Assembly (NCBI RefSeq): GCF_001194135.2
Contig: NC_069004.1
Span: 23,188,776 to 23,252,775, forward strand
Reading direction: 5' to 3'
DNA from: Octopus bimaculoides
Lineage: Eukaryota
Length of the DNA stretch: 64,000 nucleotides
Shown here: positions 28,449 through 40,716 of the stretch, one piece after another
Layout: each line of letters opens with the position of its first letter
How positions within the stretch are numbered: position 1 is the stretch's first letter
The notes under the pieces: model-generated
Told to the model about the DNA's origin: nothing
Databases searched by the model: none
What the model saw: only the letters and a program-made list of their open reading frames with translations
Translations under genes and position numbers: made by a program

Positions 28449-30467
28449 TCTATTATATAAAAGTCAATGTCTTTATGTGTGTTCGTGTGTTACTTATACA
28501 TTCGAAAACTACTGCACCGATCCTAATGAAATTTGGAACACAAAATCCAAGCTTAGGGAGAAGGGTAATGCTGTGTGCTCCATACAATTTCATGGACAAA
28601 AATTACTCAATGGATCCTTATGATATTTGGAACTTAGATTCAATGCATAAGAGCAGGTATAATGCAGTATGTTTGGTTTGAATTTGAGATGGGTTAAAGA
28701 GGGCCCATGAAAATTCATAAATTTTCTTTGTTGAAATTTCAACCATGGGTAATTGACACACATCAAGAAGTATTCTCAAAGTTTTCACTTCTCATGAAGA
28801 TTCTAACACTCCCTAATGGGGGCATTAACTCCCATTTTTTATGATCCAAAACTATGGCAAAAGTTACTGAATGGATCTTTATGAAATTTGGAAATTATAT
28901 TCTATGCACAAGAGCCATAACCCCCATGAAAATTCATATATTTTTGCTGTTGATGAAATTTTAACCATACATATTACACACAAATAAAGTAATATTTCTA
29001 AAATTTCATCTTCTTAGAAGTTAGAAAGACCCCTTCATGGGGACTTAACACCCACAATTTAGTTATTTTATCTAAGCACAGATGAATACAGTTGTACGGT
29101 CACCCGAGCATCAAAGATGAGTGTTATTTGTAATTCAATGGTACAACAGTGTAAGTGTTTGCTTTGGGACATACTTAGATTGTGATTTCTGCAATGTGGT
29201 GCATAAATTGTCAAGTAAATGAGAGGCATCTTTCCCTCCACTGATTCAGTTGCAAAGTGTTCAGTAAAGTTATCTGGTTGCAGACCTCCTTTGAGTCTTT
29301 TTTATTATCACTGGGTCACATATAGTCCCCCGATGGTAACATTGATTTCAAGGCCTTCCCAGATGAGTGACTGGTTACTGAAAGACATTTATAGATTGTA
29401 AATTTATTCTGTCCAGTTACCTATCGGTATAGTGGTCATTTGCAAACTCCAGAGGTAACACTTTCATTTCCCCTTAGCCCTCACGTCACACAGTTGTTAA
29501 TGTTTCAGTTGCGTCATGCCCTTCCAATTGCTATAAATCCTTAATGCATCTTACAGCTGTGCCTGTCACCTGTATGGTGAGGAATCCTACATTGGAGAGT
29601 AGTAACGACTAGGGTAGGGTGGCTGGCTGACTGCTTATTGTGATCATTCGTCTTTTGGTTTCCTGTAGCTTTGCTCTCTTTTACAGTGGAGGCGCAATGG
29701 CCCAGTGGTTAGGGCAGCAGACTCGCGGTTTCGATTCCCAGACCGGGCGTTGTGAGTGTTTATTGAGTGAAAGCACCTAAAGCTCCACAAAGCTCCAGCA
29801 GGGGATGTTGGCGAACCCTGCTGTACTCTTTCACCACAACTTTCTCTCACTCTTACTTCCTGTTTCTGTTGTGCCTGTAATTCAAAGGGTCAGCCTTGTC
29901 ACACTGAATATCCCCGAGAACTACGTTAATGGTACACGTATCTGTGGAGTGCTCAGCCACTTGCACGTTAATTTCACGAACAGGTTGTTCCGTTGATCAG
30001 ATCAACTGGAACCCTCGACATCGTAAGTGACAGAGTGCTGCTTTACAAACCCAATGAACATACATATATTTCCTATTTCAAAGAAATTCGAACAATAGAT
30101 ATAGCACCCAAGTCAAAAAAGATTCTCAACAATTCAACTTCTCTGGTTGACATTAAGACACCCACCCACAATAGGGGCCTTAACTCCCACACTTTAGAGC
30201 TCCATGACCTCCATATTTTAGGAGCAAAATCCTTTTAACAGGTTCCATAAGACTGGAATTCTGGATTCTGCGCATAAAGATCAGTAGTATGAGATACATG
30301 TGTCATGATTTGAATTTTTTTAGGGTGTGTACAGAGGGAAAGAACCCTCATCTGCAATTTTGATGAAATTCGAATCATAGGTATTCCAGTTCATTACAGA
30401 AAATATAACAGAAAAGACTAAAACTTCAATTGCATGAAACACGGGCAACGCCGGGTATCTCTGCTAG
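28449..30467 (+). mobile_element. Non-autonomous Helitron (~2.0 kb) with internal subrepeats and a nested SINE
   Basis: Starts A|TCTATTATATAAAAG plus microsatellite and ends GGGCAACGCCGGGTATCTCTGCTAG|T. The AT target with no TSD, 5'-TC and 3'-CTAG are canonical Helitron hallmarks. Confidence 0.8.
29686..30038 (+). mobile_element. tRNA-derived SINE with long conserved body (third SINE family), nested in the Helitron
   Basis: Head GGCGCAATGGCCCAGTGGTTAGGGC with A box and GGTTTCGATTCC B-box-like motif; TTTACA on both flanks may be a TSD. Confidence 0.8.
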
Positions 30468-30783
30468 TATTCCTTAAATCCTTAGCAGTCACAGTCTTGG
30501 AGGATCCCCACAATCAGATCATTTCTTCCTTGGCACTCATGAGGCTAAATAATTCATTATGTCAATAAATGTTATAATATTATTATAGTTTTTTTATATA
30601 TACCCAATCATCATCATTTAACATCCGCTTTCCATGCTTGCATGGGTTGGACGATTTGACTGAGGACTGGCAAACCAGAAGGCTGCACCAGGCTACAGCC
30701 TGATCTGGCAGTTTCTACAGCTGGATGCCCTTCCTAACGCCAACCACTCGCATACCCAATGTATGCTTAATATGTATAATTAC

Positions 30784-30793
30784 CTTTCATTTT
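30784..30793 (-). other. Candidate 10-nt micro-exon AAAATGAAAG
   Basis: Minus strand shows a long poly-T tract, then CAG|AAAATGAAAG|GTAATT. Both splice sites are strong, but there is no expression evidence. Confidence 0.3.
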
Positions 30794-31931
30794 CTGAAAA
30801 AAAAAAAAAAAGTGTCTAGATGGGCTATTTTCATTCGAAATCTATTAGCGTGGCTCACCCCTAAACTGAAGAAAAAATAGAATTGCATGTGATATGCCTT
30901 CGATCGTAGGTGTCTGCTCAATCGAGGCTGTCCTGAGGTTAAACAATAATCTCTTAGATATTGCCGTTATTGCTATCTTATAATTTCTCATTCTCCAAAC
31001 ATATAACCCCAGGGGTTCCATATAAGGTTCTGTGGAGTTCAAGCAAGCAAAATAGTAAATTGGGAGTCCACAGTAGCATTTTAAGGGTTTGTGGAAAAAT
31101 TTTGATTTATATATATTTCTTGCAAGAAACAGCTAGGTTGTTTCTCTAACATTTTGCATAGTTTAACATGTCTCTGGCTACTGAAACATGTTCTCTCAAG
31201 AGTGCTATTGCAAATTTACGCAAGTGAACGTGTGAAAAACAAAATAAGAATTTTGAAAGAAATATCTATAAAACTAGCTTTTAAACATCGAACGGCTCTG
31301 GGAGTCCAAGGGGACCATAGGTAGCAAATGGTTTGAGAACAACTGCACTTAACATCTACCACTACATATCACACAAAACATTACATCCTGCCACCAACAT
31401 TATGTCTACAGTATAAAAGTATTACTTTTTAATGCTCAGAAAATGTTTCCCTAATTCCACTATCATCCTAACTGTATAACAATTTCAATAACAATCTATC
31501 ATTATTTTTATCACTTGCTAATTTACTTTACAAGTGTATGGTGTTGATCAGAGCAGCCTCAAGGATTATGGATTATCCTTGCTGTCAGTTACAACTGTCC
31601 TCACTCAGTTGTAGACACAAAGACACACACGTATATATACGACAAAGACACACACATGTATATATACGACAAGCTTCTTTCAGTTTCCGTCTGCCAAGTC
31701 CACTCACAAGGCTTTGCTGTGCTCGAGGCTATAGTAGAAGACATTTGCCCAAACTGCCACACAGTGAGACTGAACCCTGAACTGTTTGGTTAGGAAGTAA
31801 GCTTCTTACGACACAGCCACGTCTAGGAAAATAAAAAGGGCATGCAATATCGTTTCTGCTAATACACTATCTCTACCAATAATATTAGTCTAGTAACTAG
31901 TTAAAATTCGCATGATAATTAGCATATCCAT

Positions 31932-31969
31932 TTATCCACTGGCATACAAACCAAGATTTGGTTCATTTT
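31932..31969 (-). CDS. Candidate terminal coding exon (E)NEPNLGLYASG*
   Basis: Strong acceptor TTTTCATCTTTTTTCCCTCAG; the phase-1 start matches the phase-1 end of candidate exon 33875-33950. Confidence 0.3.
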
Positions 31970-33874
31970 CTGAGGGAAAAAAGATGAAAACATGATGTTG
32001 AGGTATTGATATATTTTAATTGGAAATGAAGTGAACTCCAAGCAAGAGCTGAAATTGATTCTACAAAGGTGGCGGAGAAGGGGAAGACCGATTTTTGCTG
32101 TTGTTGCAGTTGTTGAGCACAAAGACTAATGAAGTCCACCCACGGCAGTCAAAGATATTCAGCCTTGACACTCCATTTGTATTTTTTTTCTATGTTCAGG
32201 ACTACATTACTTCATGTTGACAGATGACAACTGTGCTTCTCTGACACGGCTAAATCCAAACGCATGATGCAATACAAAGACAATGAATCATATCACCAAT
32301 TTAACGAGTCGTAGCATGACGTCTGCTTGATTTACTAAATTATTTGTATTCACTTGTCTGATAAAAATCAGGGTGAAGCTTTCACTGGAATATCTTTCTG
32401 GACACGAGCTCTAACACACGAAGTATTTGCATTTATTAAAACAAGCATTTACACATCAGAAAATTGCTGCAATGTACATTCCACCCATGTGGTCTTGGTT
32501 CAGTCCACTGTGCAGCTCCTTGGGCAAGCGTCTTCCACTATAGCCCCAAGTCTGACCAAAGCATTGTGAGAGGATTTGGTAAACGGAAACCTGAAGAAAA
32601 CTCGTGTGTGTGTGACCTTGTCTTGACATCATGTGATAGCTGCAGGATCCAATTGAATTGAGGTATTCTAATAGTAAGGCTATCAAGCTAGAGTCAAGAA
32701 TAATATATCTGTGTATCAGCAGTATATATGAACACTCAAGCATATATTAATGTATATACAAACTAATCCTACCATTTACATAGACATGCACATGAAGAGA
32801 TCAATATACTCATTGATATAAATATACATGTATATGTAAAATCACATACAGACATACTCTCTGATCATCACTAAGATGAGGGAGTCAAAATAATGTATTT
32901 GTTATGAGCCAAATCTTAAATGTTGAATTTTGGATTAAAATTTTTATTTACCTGAAGAAAACAATTTTTCTTTTTATGACGTAAATGATTTATTCGTTCA
33001 TCAATTAAAAAACACATCTGAAACAGCTGTAGTGACCCTCAACCCATCTGTTCTTTAATAAATATATACTGACAAGGTGTAGCAGTGGGCGTGTGGTAAG
33101 TAGCTTGCTTCCTAACCAGATGGTTCTGAGTCCAGTTCCACTGTGTGGCACCTTGGGTAAGTGTCTTCTACTATAGCCTCAGGCTGACCAAAGCCTTGTG
33201 AGTGGATTTGGTACATAGAAGCTTAAAGAAGCTCGTCATATATATATATATATGTATTTGTGTGTCTGCATTTGTCCCTCCACCATCGCTTGACAACCGA
33301 TAATGATATGTTTACTTAGCGGTTCGGCAAAAATGACCAATAGAATAAGTATTAAGCTTACAAAGAATAAGTCCTGGGGTCAATTTGTTTGACTAAATGC
33401 AGTGTTCCAGCATGGCCGCAGTCAAATGACTGAAACAAGTAAAAGAGTAAAATAATATATACACAAAGGGGCCTGAAAAGTTCCTGGCTTTTAGGGTATC
33501 ATGAAAAGCCTAGTTGAAAGTCCAAACTTCCAAGTTCTTTTACAAAGTCCAAACTTCCAAGTTCTTTTACAGGCCTTAGAAAAACTGAAGGACTGCTGTA
33601 ATAAGTGTGTGAATCTGAGATGGGAATATGTTGTATAAAATCATAATTAACTGATCCTCCTGTATTTCTTTTTACCCAAAGCCAGAAACTTTTAAGCACA
33701 CTCTTCCATATATATGTATACACACACACACACAACTGTATGCATAAGTGCATATTCCCTGTGTGTGTGCATGCATGTGTGGTAACCATTAACTAGATTT
33801 CAATTATAAATGCTGTCTCATGTCAGACAGATATGATAGCAATTCTCCTATAGGCCTTCAGATGAATACCTAAC

Positions 33875-33950
33875 CTGTTTTTGTTTTAAGTGTTTTATGA
33901 CAAACGTACCACGTAATTAGGCCAAACATCATACCAACAGCGCAGCTGCC
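33875..33950 (-). CDS. Candidate exon encoding a hydrophobic, TM-like segment GSCAVGMMFGLITWYVCHKTLKTKT
   Basis: Acceptor TTTTGGATGTCTGTTCAAG (AAG, weaker), 76 nt open, donor CAG|GTTAGG. Phase 0-1 fits between exons 43437 and 31969; a hydrophobic run is followed by lysines. Confidence 0.4.
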
Positions 33951-34607
33951 CTTGAACAGACATCCAAAATAAAATTTCATCACAGAAGGAGAGAGGCTCA
34001 CATTTCAAGGTAAGCAAACAGCAGTGTTCTTCTGCTCCCTCTGTCTCCAGTGAAATATGACCACAGGTATTACTAGTAAGATTCTGGACTCTCTAATAAA
34101 AGGAATTCCTAATTCTGTTTTGGGCACATGCATGCACACACATATACAGAAATACACACATATACATACATCTATGTACATATAAATTACACAATACACA
34201 TTTACTGTTTACAAAGAATTGATGTATAGACAAAGAATAAATCCACAACTATTAAGAATTCAATTAATGACACATCATTAAAATCAACCTATTACATTGC
34301 ATTAAGTTCAAGTGGGACTGATTTCCATGTATTACATAATAAGCTAAAAAACTCTTCAAGGGCAATTTATTATAAAAGTAAACATTTTACATACAAGTCA
34401 TACTTTAATTATGCTCAACAGCTGTTTCACAACCAAATGTATAATTACATAATTGTGAAATATGATTAACTTAAATAAGTATGAATGAAATTAATTTAAA
34501 ATCTATTTTTACCCAAAATAGGCAGAAATATGACTGTGTGGTTAAGAAGCTCACTTTCCAACCCTGAGGTTTCTTGTTCAATCTCACTGAACAGCACATC
34601 ATTATGA

Positions 34608-34639
<32 letters not shown>

Positions 34640-34669
34640 TTTGATTTTGAGCTCTATCCTTTAAGAGAC

Positions 34670-34728
<59 letters not shown>

Positions 34729-34803
34729 CACAGGTATTATCTGGTAGTATGCTGTTAAAAGTACATTCACTGTCTTCGGCCTACCTGATATCAAACAGTA
34801 TGG

Positions 34804-35175
34804 ATATACGTGCCACTGGATTTACTACAAAAATTCCTTTGTTTCCGTCAAATATATAACATAGGAGAGAAAGAGAAAATGGAATTCATGAGATTCTTTA
34901 TTAATCACTATGATCGTTTTGACCCACTGTGAGATTCTGTACAACTGGTTGTGTTGCGTCATTTGGTGCAGATGGGTTGAAACAAGAATAGTGATTAGAA
35001 AATGCAACACAATCAGTTGTACAGAATCTCACCTGTGAGGGACCAATGCACAATGGGTCAAAACAGTCGTAGTGATTAATAAAGAATCTCAAGAATTCCA
35101 TTTTCTCTTTTTTTCATACATTATATATTTGATGGACACAAGGAATTCCTGAAGTAAATCCACTAGTGCGTATAT
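34804..35175. mobile_element. Fold-back MITE with ~150-170 bp inverted arms and ~46-bp spacer
   Basis: 34804-34957 is the reverse complement of 35004-35175 (e.g. GAGAAAATGGAATTC...ATTCTTTATTAATCACTA). A related partial copy lies at ~60060-60250. Confidence 0.85.
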
Positions 35176-35834
35176 ATATATATGGTCATCTAATAAGTCT
35201 GGATTTTGGATAATGGAAAAAAAGTAATGGAATTTTACATTTTATTAAAATTTAATCATATAATTCCCATCATTATCAACGTCGTCCCTCCATTCACCCA
35301 TCAGTTTTTTAAAATTCCAATGGTGCAAAACTCTTTTGGTTTTGATGAGAAGGAAGAGAGGTTAGTTTTGACTTCTTTGAGGTTTATCCATCTAAATAAG
35401 CTTCAAAATAAATGGAAATCAGAAGGAGCAAGTTAAGTGAGGGATTTTTTCCCAGCTAAGTCCTTTGATTTTTTTTCCAACATAATCTTTGCTGTGTGAA
35501 ACTTCGCATTATCATGATGAAACACCACTCCTTTATGATTCACCAAAGCAGGCCATCTTTTCTTCAAAGCAGTATCCAAACGCCCTAATTAATGGCAATA
35601 GATGTAAGCAGTAATTGTTGTGTTAGTTGGTAGAAGCTCAAAGTGGATGATCCTAATGCAATCTCACCAAACAGAAAGAACCTTTTCTGCATGGAGGTCC
35701 TCTTTAGGTTGTGGTTTAGCCTGTTTTCCACATCCAGTTTTCATCACCAGTCACCAGAAATGGTGAAATGCTTTTCACAGGTCATCGGCATGGAAAGGAC
35801 TAGGATTTTTCTAAGCTTGACGGGGTTCTGAAGC

Positions 35835-37675
35835 ACAGCAAACCATCAAAAGTCTTGGTCACTTGTCATTACCTCCATGAGGCTCAACATCAAAAGATCA
35901 CATGTCAGCATCTCACCTTACATCTTCCTGGGTCTAACCCTTCCACTGGTTCCCTCCACAGTTACAGATTGGTACTTCTTTATGCAGCTATTCTTGTCCA
36001 TATGCATTACATGGCTATCCATCTCTCTTGTGCACTACATCTGATATCCTTTATACCCAATTTTTCTAATTAGACACTTAGACTCCGTTGTACAGGCACA
36101 CTGACATTGCACATCCACCAGTAGCTTCATTTTTCAAGCCTTTGCATGTCTTCTGCAGTCACAGCCCATGTTTCACTGCCACATCCCTCTCCACTAGATA
36201 TTCTAAGCAACTCAGCAGTGATTTCTGATAGGCTAGGGGCATTCCCAGTCTTCATATCTTGCATAGCTTTGTCTACTAAGCTGCTGTCTATTCGGATAGC
36301 TGATCCCTGTGTTGGGTGCACATTAGGCAGACTCTCCTTCTTCCATGTGTTCTCCACATATAACAGCCATTCACAATGGCACTTCCAAGCCTCTTTCTTT
36401 GTAGAGTCACTAACTGCAGGTGAACCATCATCCATGCAAATGAACTTCTCTCCTACAACATCATGATTTTCCCTAACACAAAATGAAATATCTGAAGCCA
36501 CTGACCTGCATGCTACAGGCTAAGTATACCTGCCTCCTAGCTTCTCTTCTAGCTACTTGATATAGTTTTTTGCTGCTGCTACCCTTCCAGTTTTTGCTCT
36601 AATGGCCATGTTAACTACACTGTTCCACCACCATGTCACCCTAGGCCTGGTTGGGATTTTGCACCAGCCACAAATTTGGTCTGTGACTCTCAGTAAGTTA
36701 TTTTGTAGGAACTTCCAGTTATCCTCTATGTCACATGTCTCTAACTCCTTTCCCCTTCTCATTCAATGCTTCAGTTAAGTTGTCTCTAAATCTCTGACTA
36801 TTCAAAGGATCCTTAAGCTTCCAGAACCTTCCTTTCCAGACTGGCTTGCTTCTTGGAATCTTTCTAGCCTATAGTCTGAAGTCGCTAATAGTTAACGTAT
36901 GCTGAGGGGTACATTCTTCATCAGAGAAGGTCTTTGCATTTTTGAGCAACCATGTATCTTGCTTTCTAGTGAGAATGTAGCCAATCTGGCTTGCTTGGCC
37001 ACCAGATTGATAGGCTGTCTGGTGACTAGCAGGCTTCCTGATCATTACAGATCATTAAGGTATTTGATTGGTGTCACAGATCATTAGGTGATTTGCATCA
37101 CAGAACTCTAGAAGCCTTGTTACCTTTATGGGAACTAACTTCATGGCCACCATGCACACCGCAGAAAACATCTGGTTGCTCCCTAATATGTCAACTGAAG
37201 TCACCAGCTGTGAAGAGAAGGTCACTGTCATTTGTCTTTGAGGTAGTCTACAAAAGAATATCATAAAAACGATCCTTTTGTTTATTTGGCAGGCTCATTC
37301 GAGGGATATAGGCAGGGATAATTGTCGCTGTACTATTTTGCAAATATAGTCTAAGCTTAAGTACCCTATTACACACTCTGACAACCTCAATCACCTTATA
37401 CACCCATTTCTCAACTAGGAGTATGCCCACACCACCTACCCTGTTACTGTTGCCTTCCCAGAAGATTTTATGCTCAGGATTTTTGCCTGTGAAGAAACTG
37501 GTTGAAGCACCCCTCCATCTTCTTGAATGCAACACACATTGATGTGTCTCCGTTCAAGCATCTCGACAATCTCACCAGGCCTACCTGTCATTGTGCCTAC
37601 ATTGACAGTGCCAACTTTAAGGTGGAGTAGGGAGGGAGCAGGAAGAAAGGGAATGGGATTCTGCATCTGAAAAAG
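35835..37675 (-). mobile_element. Degraded, internally deleted RTE (BovB-like) LINE
   Basis: APE endonuclease start LHLKVGTVNVGTMTGRPGEIVEMLERRHINVCCIQE, GGVGILL, VTWWWN, KTGNAPSLSEITAELL, GSETWAVTAEDMQRLE; many stops and frameshifts. Confidence 0.9.
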
Positions 37676-38621
37676 AGGTCTCTATGAGCCAAAAGACATG
37701 TCATAACAATCGTCTTCATATTTAATCTATCATTTATTCATGCTACACAAGATGCATCTACCTGAAGTGAGTGCTATACAAAGATTGGTAAAAATAGTTG
37801 AGTGCAATGCAAGCATTGTTAATACTAAATTAGATAAACAAAAAATAAAAATAGTTAATTAGTTGATAGATCCTCTTCAATCACATTTTGCTGCAAAGAA
37901 TACAAACTGCAGCATTTGTACTGCAGTAATGTGGGTAAAAGACTACTGAAGAAGAGATGCCAAGAGAGATTCTGGTACAGAAGAGAGGTTTCCAGTATAG
38001 GTGCTGAGGATGGGAATAGGTGAGCACATCATGTATAAAGAAACGTTGAAACTACCTACTGGGTATGCTAATTTCAGAGCAAAGGCAGTAATTATCATAG
38101 GGACAGTAATGATGAAATGAGGGTATTAGAGGCAAAATTACAATGGGGAAGACATATATCTATATGTGTTGAGGGCTACTGAATATGTCTTATTCAAGCC
38201 TTTAGGTATGATCTAACTGTGACAACAACATCAGTTCACATCCAATTGGGTTCATGTATGTGATGTTGATAAGCCACAAAAATGGTGAAACATTGACGTC
38301 CATTACTCCTGAATGGGATTTGGAGTGAGTTGTCTAACCTGTCTATGATTTTCAGGTGTTTTAACAACCAACACATTGGGACAGTAATCTTCACCAAGCT
38401 ATAAGGTAGACTACTGGCAAACAAGCAAAGCACATACGTTGAGTGTGTGTGTTTGATAATGTTTACAACGCTAATGCTGCTTCTAATTCATATTTGAATA
38501 CAAACATATATACATACCGGAGTAAGCACATAAATGTGAAACGAGGTGGAGAAAAGAGTACTCAAATACCAGAGGTAGAGTAATATGCCTTATTTAAAAG
38601 CAGCAGAAATATAACAAAAAG

Positions 38622-38659
38622 CTGTTACTCAGAGTTTCACATTCCCATTCATCAGACAG
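38622..38659 (-). ncRNA. Minimal type I hammerhead ribozyme motif (intact core)
   Basis: Minus strand: CTGT (stem I), CTGATGA, ATGGGAATGT (rudimentary stem II), GAAA, C-TCTGA-G, TA, ACAG (stem I partner); GUA cleavage triplet. Confidence 0.7.
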
Positions 38660-38676
38660 TTTTGTTAAAAAAAAAA

Positions 38677-38712
38677 CTGTCCGATGAACTGGAACGTGAA
38701 ACTGAGTAACAG
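38677..38712 (+). ncRNA. Second minimal hammerhead motif (U4C core variant)
   Basis: CTGT, CCGATGA, AC-TGGAAC-GT, GAAA, C-TGA-G, TA, ACAG. Confidence 0.55.
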
Positions 38713-38798
38713 CTTTTTGTTATATTTCTGCTGCTTTCAAATAAAGTATACATATATAGATAGATAGATAGATAGATATCTACATATGTGTGTGTGTG

Positions 38799-38833
<35 letters not shown>

Positions 38834-39771
38834 NNNNNNNNNNNNNNNNNNNNNNNNNNNNNNNNNNNNNNNNNNNNNNNNNNNNNNNNNNNNNNNNNNN
38901 NNNNNNNNNNNNNNNNNNNNNNNNNNNNNNNNNNNNNNNNNNNNNNNNNNNNNNNNNNNNNNNNNNNNNNNNNNNNNNNNNNNNNNNNNNNNNNNNNNNN
39001 NNNNNNNNNNNNNNNNNNNNNNNNNNNNNNNNNNNNNNNNNNNNNNNNNNNNNNNNNNNNNNNNNNNNNNNNNNNNNNNNNNNNNNNNNNNNNNNNNNNN
39101 NNNNNNNNNNNNNNNNNNNNNNNNNNNNNNNNNNNNNNNNNNNNNNNNNNNNNNNNNNNNNNNNNNNNNNNNNNNNNNNNNNNNNNNNNNNNNNNNNNNN
39201 NNNNNNNNNNNNNNNNNNNNNNNNNNNNNNNNNNNNNNNNNNNNNNNNNNNNNNNNNNNNNNNNNNNNNNNNNNNNNNNNNNNNNNNNNNNNNNNNNNNN
39301 NNNNNNNNNNNNNNNNNNNNNNNNNNNNNNNNNNNNNNNNNNNNNNNNNNNNNNNNNNNNNNNNNNNNNNNNNNNNNNNNNNNNNNNNNNNNNNNNNNNN
39401 NNNNNNNNNNNNNNNNNNNNNNNNNNNNNNNNNNNNNNNNNNNNNNNNNNNNNNNNNNNNNNNNNNNNNNNNNNNNNNNNNNNNNNNNNNNNNNNNNNNN
39501 NNNNNNNNNNNNNNNNNNNNNNNNNNNNNNNNNNNNNNNNNNNNNNNNNNNNNNNNNNNNNNNNNNNNNNNNNNNNNNNNNNNNNNNNNNNNNNNNNNNN
39601 NNNNNNNNNNNNNNNNNNNNNNNNNNNNNNNNNNNNNNNNNNNNNNNNNNNNNNNNNNNNNNNNNNNNNNNNNNNNNNNNNNNNNNNNNNNNNNNNNNNN
39701 NNNNNNNNNNNNNNNNNNNNNNNNNNNNNNNNNNNNNNNNNNNNNNNNNNNNNNNNNNNNNNNNNNNNNNN
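38834..39771. other. Largest assembly gap; other gaps at ~19102, 21054, 24295-24450, 26879-26978, 27695-28353, 45270-45340, 47065 and 49617-50070
   Basis: N runs bounded by (TA)n/(CA)n microsatellites; they could hide exons. Confidence 0.95.
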
Positions 39772-39821
<50 letters not shown>

Positions 39822-40583
39822 CTCATCAGATTCCATTCTGATTGCCCATGTACACAACATGGACATTTGTCTGCATGGCTTCACCAATTCTTGCCAGTTA
39901 CTATTATCATCTACTTTGGTTACCTGGCATATTTTACTGTACCATCAAACCTTCATCTATGCCAATAGTGTCTTCTCTTACTACAGTCGATTCTTTTTAT
40001 ACCACTACTTCCCCCTCCTCCTCAGCATAATCTGTCATGCACCGTAACATTTTACATGCAGTGGAGCAAGGTAGCTTCATTTGTATCCAGCCTTCATACA
40101 TCTTCTGTATTCAATGCTCTTGTTGTCCCCCCCCCCCAGGTAGAATTACACCTCATAATTTCAGGCCTGCACACTGCTAGTGTGTCCCTTTGTTGCTAAT
40201 AGGAATAACAGCATTCTAAAGAGATGTCCCTCTAGTTTGATTTTGGAACATTCAGCCCCCACTGCAAATTCAGTCACCTAGGTAACAGAACCAACAACTA
40301 CTTATTGTGTGCCTTTGAAAAAATTCATGTCATGGGTGCTTTTACTGCTAACTACATTTGTGCTACACAAGAAGTAATTTTCTGTCAGCTTGAGTGTGAT
40401 CCCACTGCCTATCTTGTCACTCATAATTTACATGAGACATACAATAGGCACAAACATGGCTGTGTGGTAAGAAGTCTGCTTCTCAACCACACTATGTGAG
40501 ACACTGGGCAAGAGTCTTCCCACTATAGCACAGGGCTAATCAAATCCTTGTCAGTGAATTAGAAAGACAGAAACTGAAAGAAG

Positions 40584-40631
<48 letters not shown>

Positions 40632-40669
40632 TTTATATATCTATCTTTAACTTGTTTCAGTCATCAGAC

Positions 40670-40716
<47 letters not shown>

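Larger units (their letters stand above)
38590..38744. repeat. ~70-bp-arm inverted repeat, probable tail-to-tail PLE LTR pair
   Basis: 38590-38662 is the reverse complement of 38674-38744 with few mismatches. The upstream 38519-38590 is shared with a decayed copy at ~21465-21600. Confidence 0.85.

Noticed and set aside
29686-29760. tRNA-like heads (also at 11620, 33080, 50257)
   Set aside because: A/B boxes are present but no complete cloverleaf forms; these are SINE heads, not tRNA genes.
32030-32116. Plus-strand frame ending KTDFCCCCSC*, resembling a lipidated C-terminus
   Set aside because: An in-frame stop lies just upstream, there is no pyrimidine-rich acceptor, and the Cys run derives from a degenerate TGT/TTG repeat.
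33921-34010. Plus-strand open stretch ending in consensus donor AAG|GTAAGC; similar isolated plus-strand sites at 24045, 24505, 41031 and 45779
   Set aside because: They do not chain into a stop-free model, and such sites are expected by chance at this base composition.
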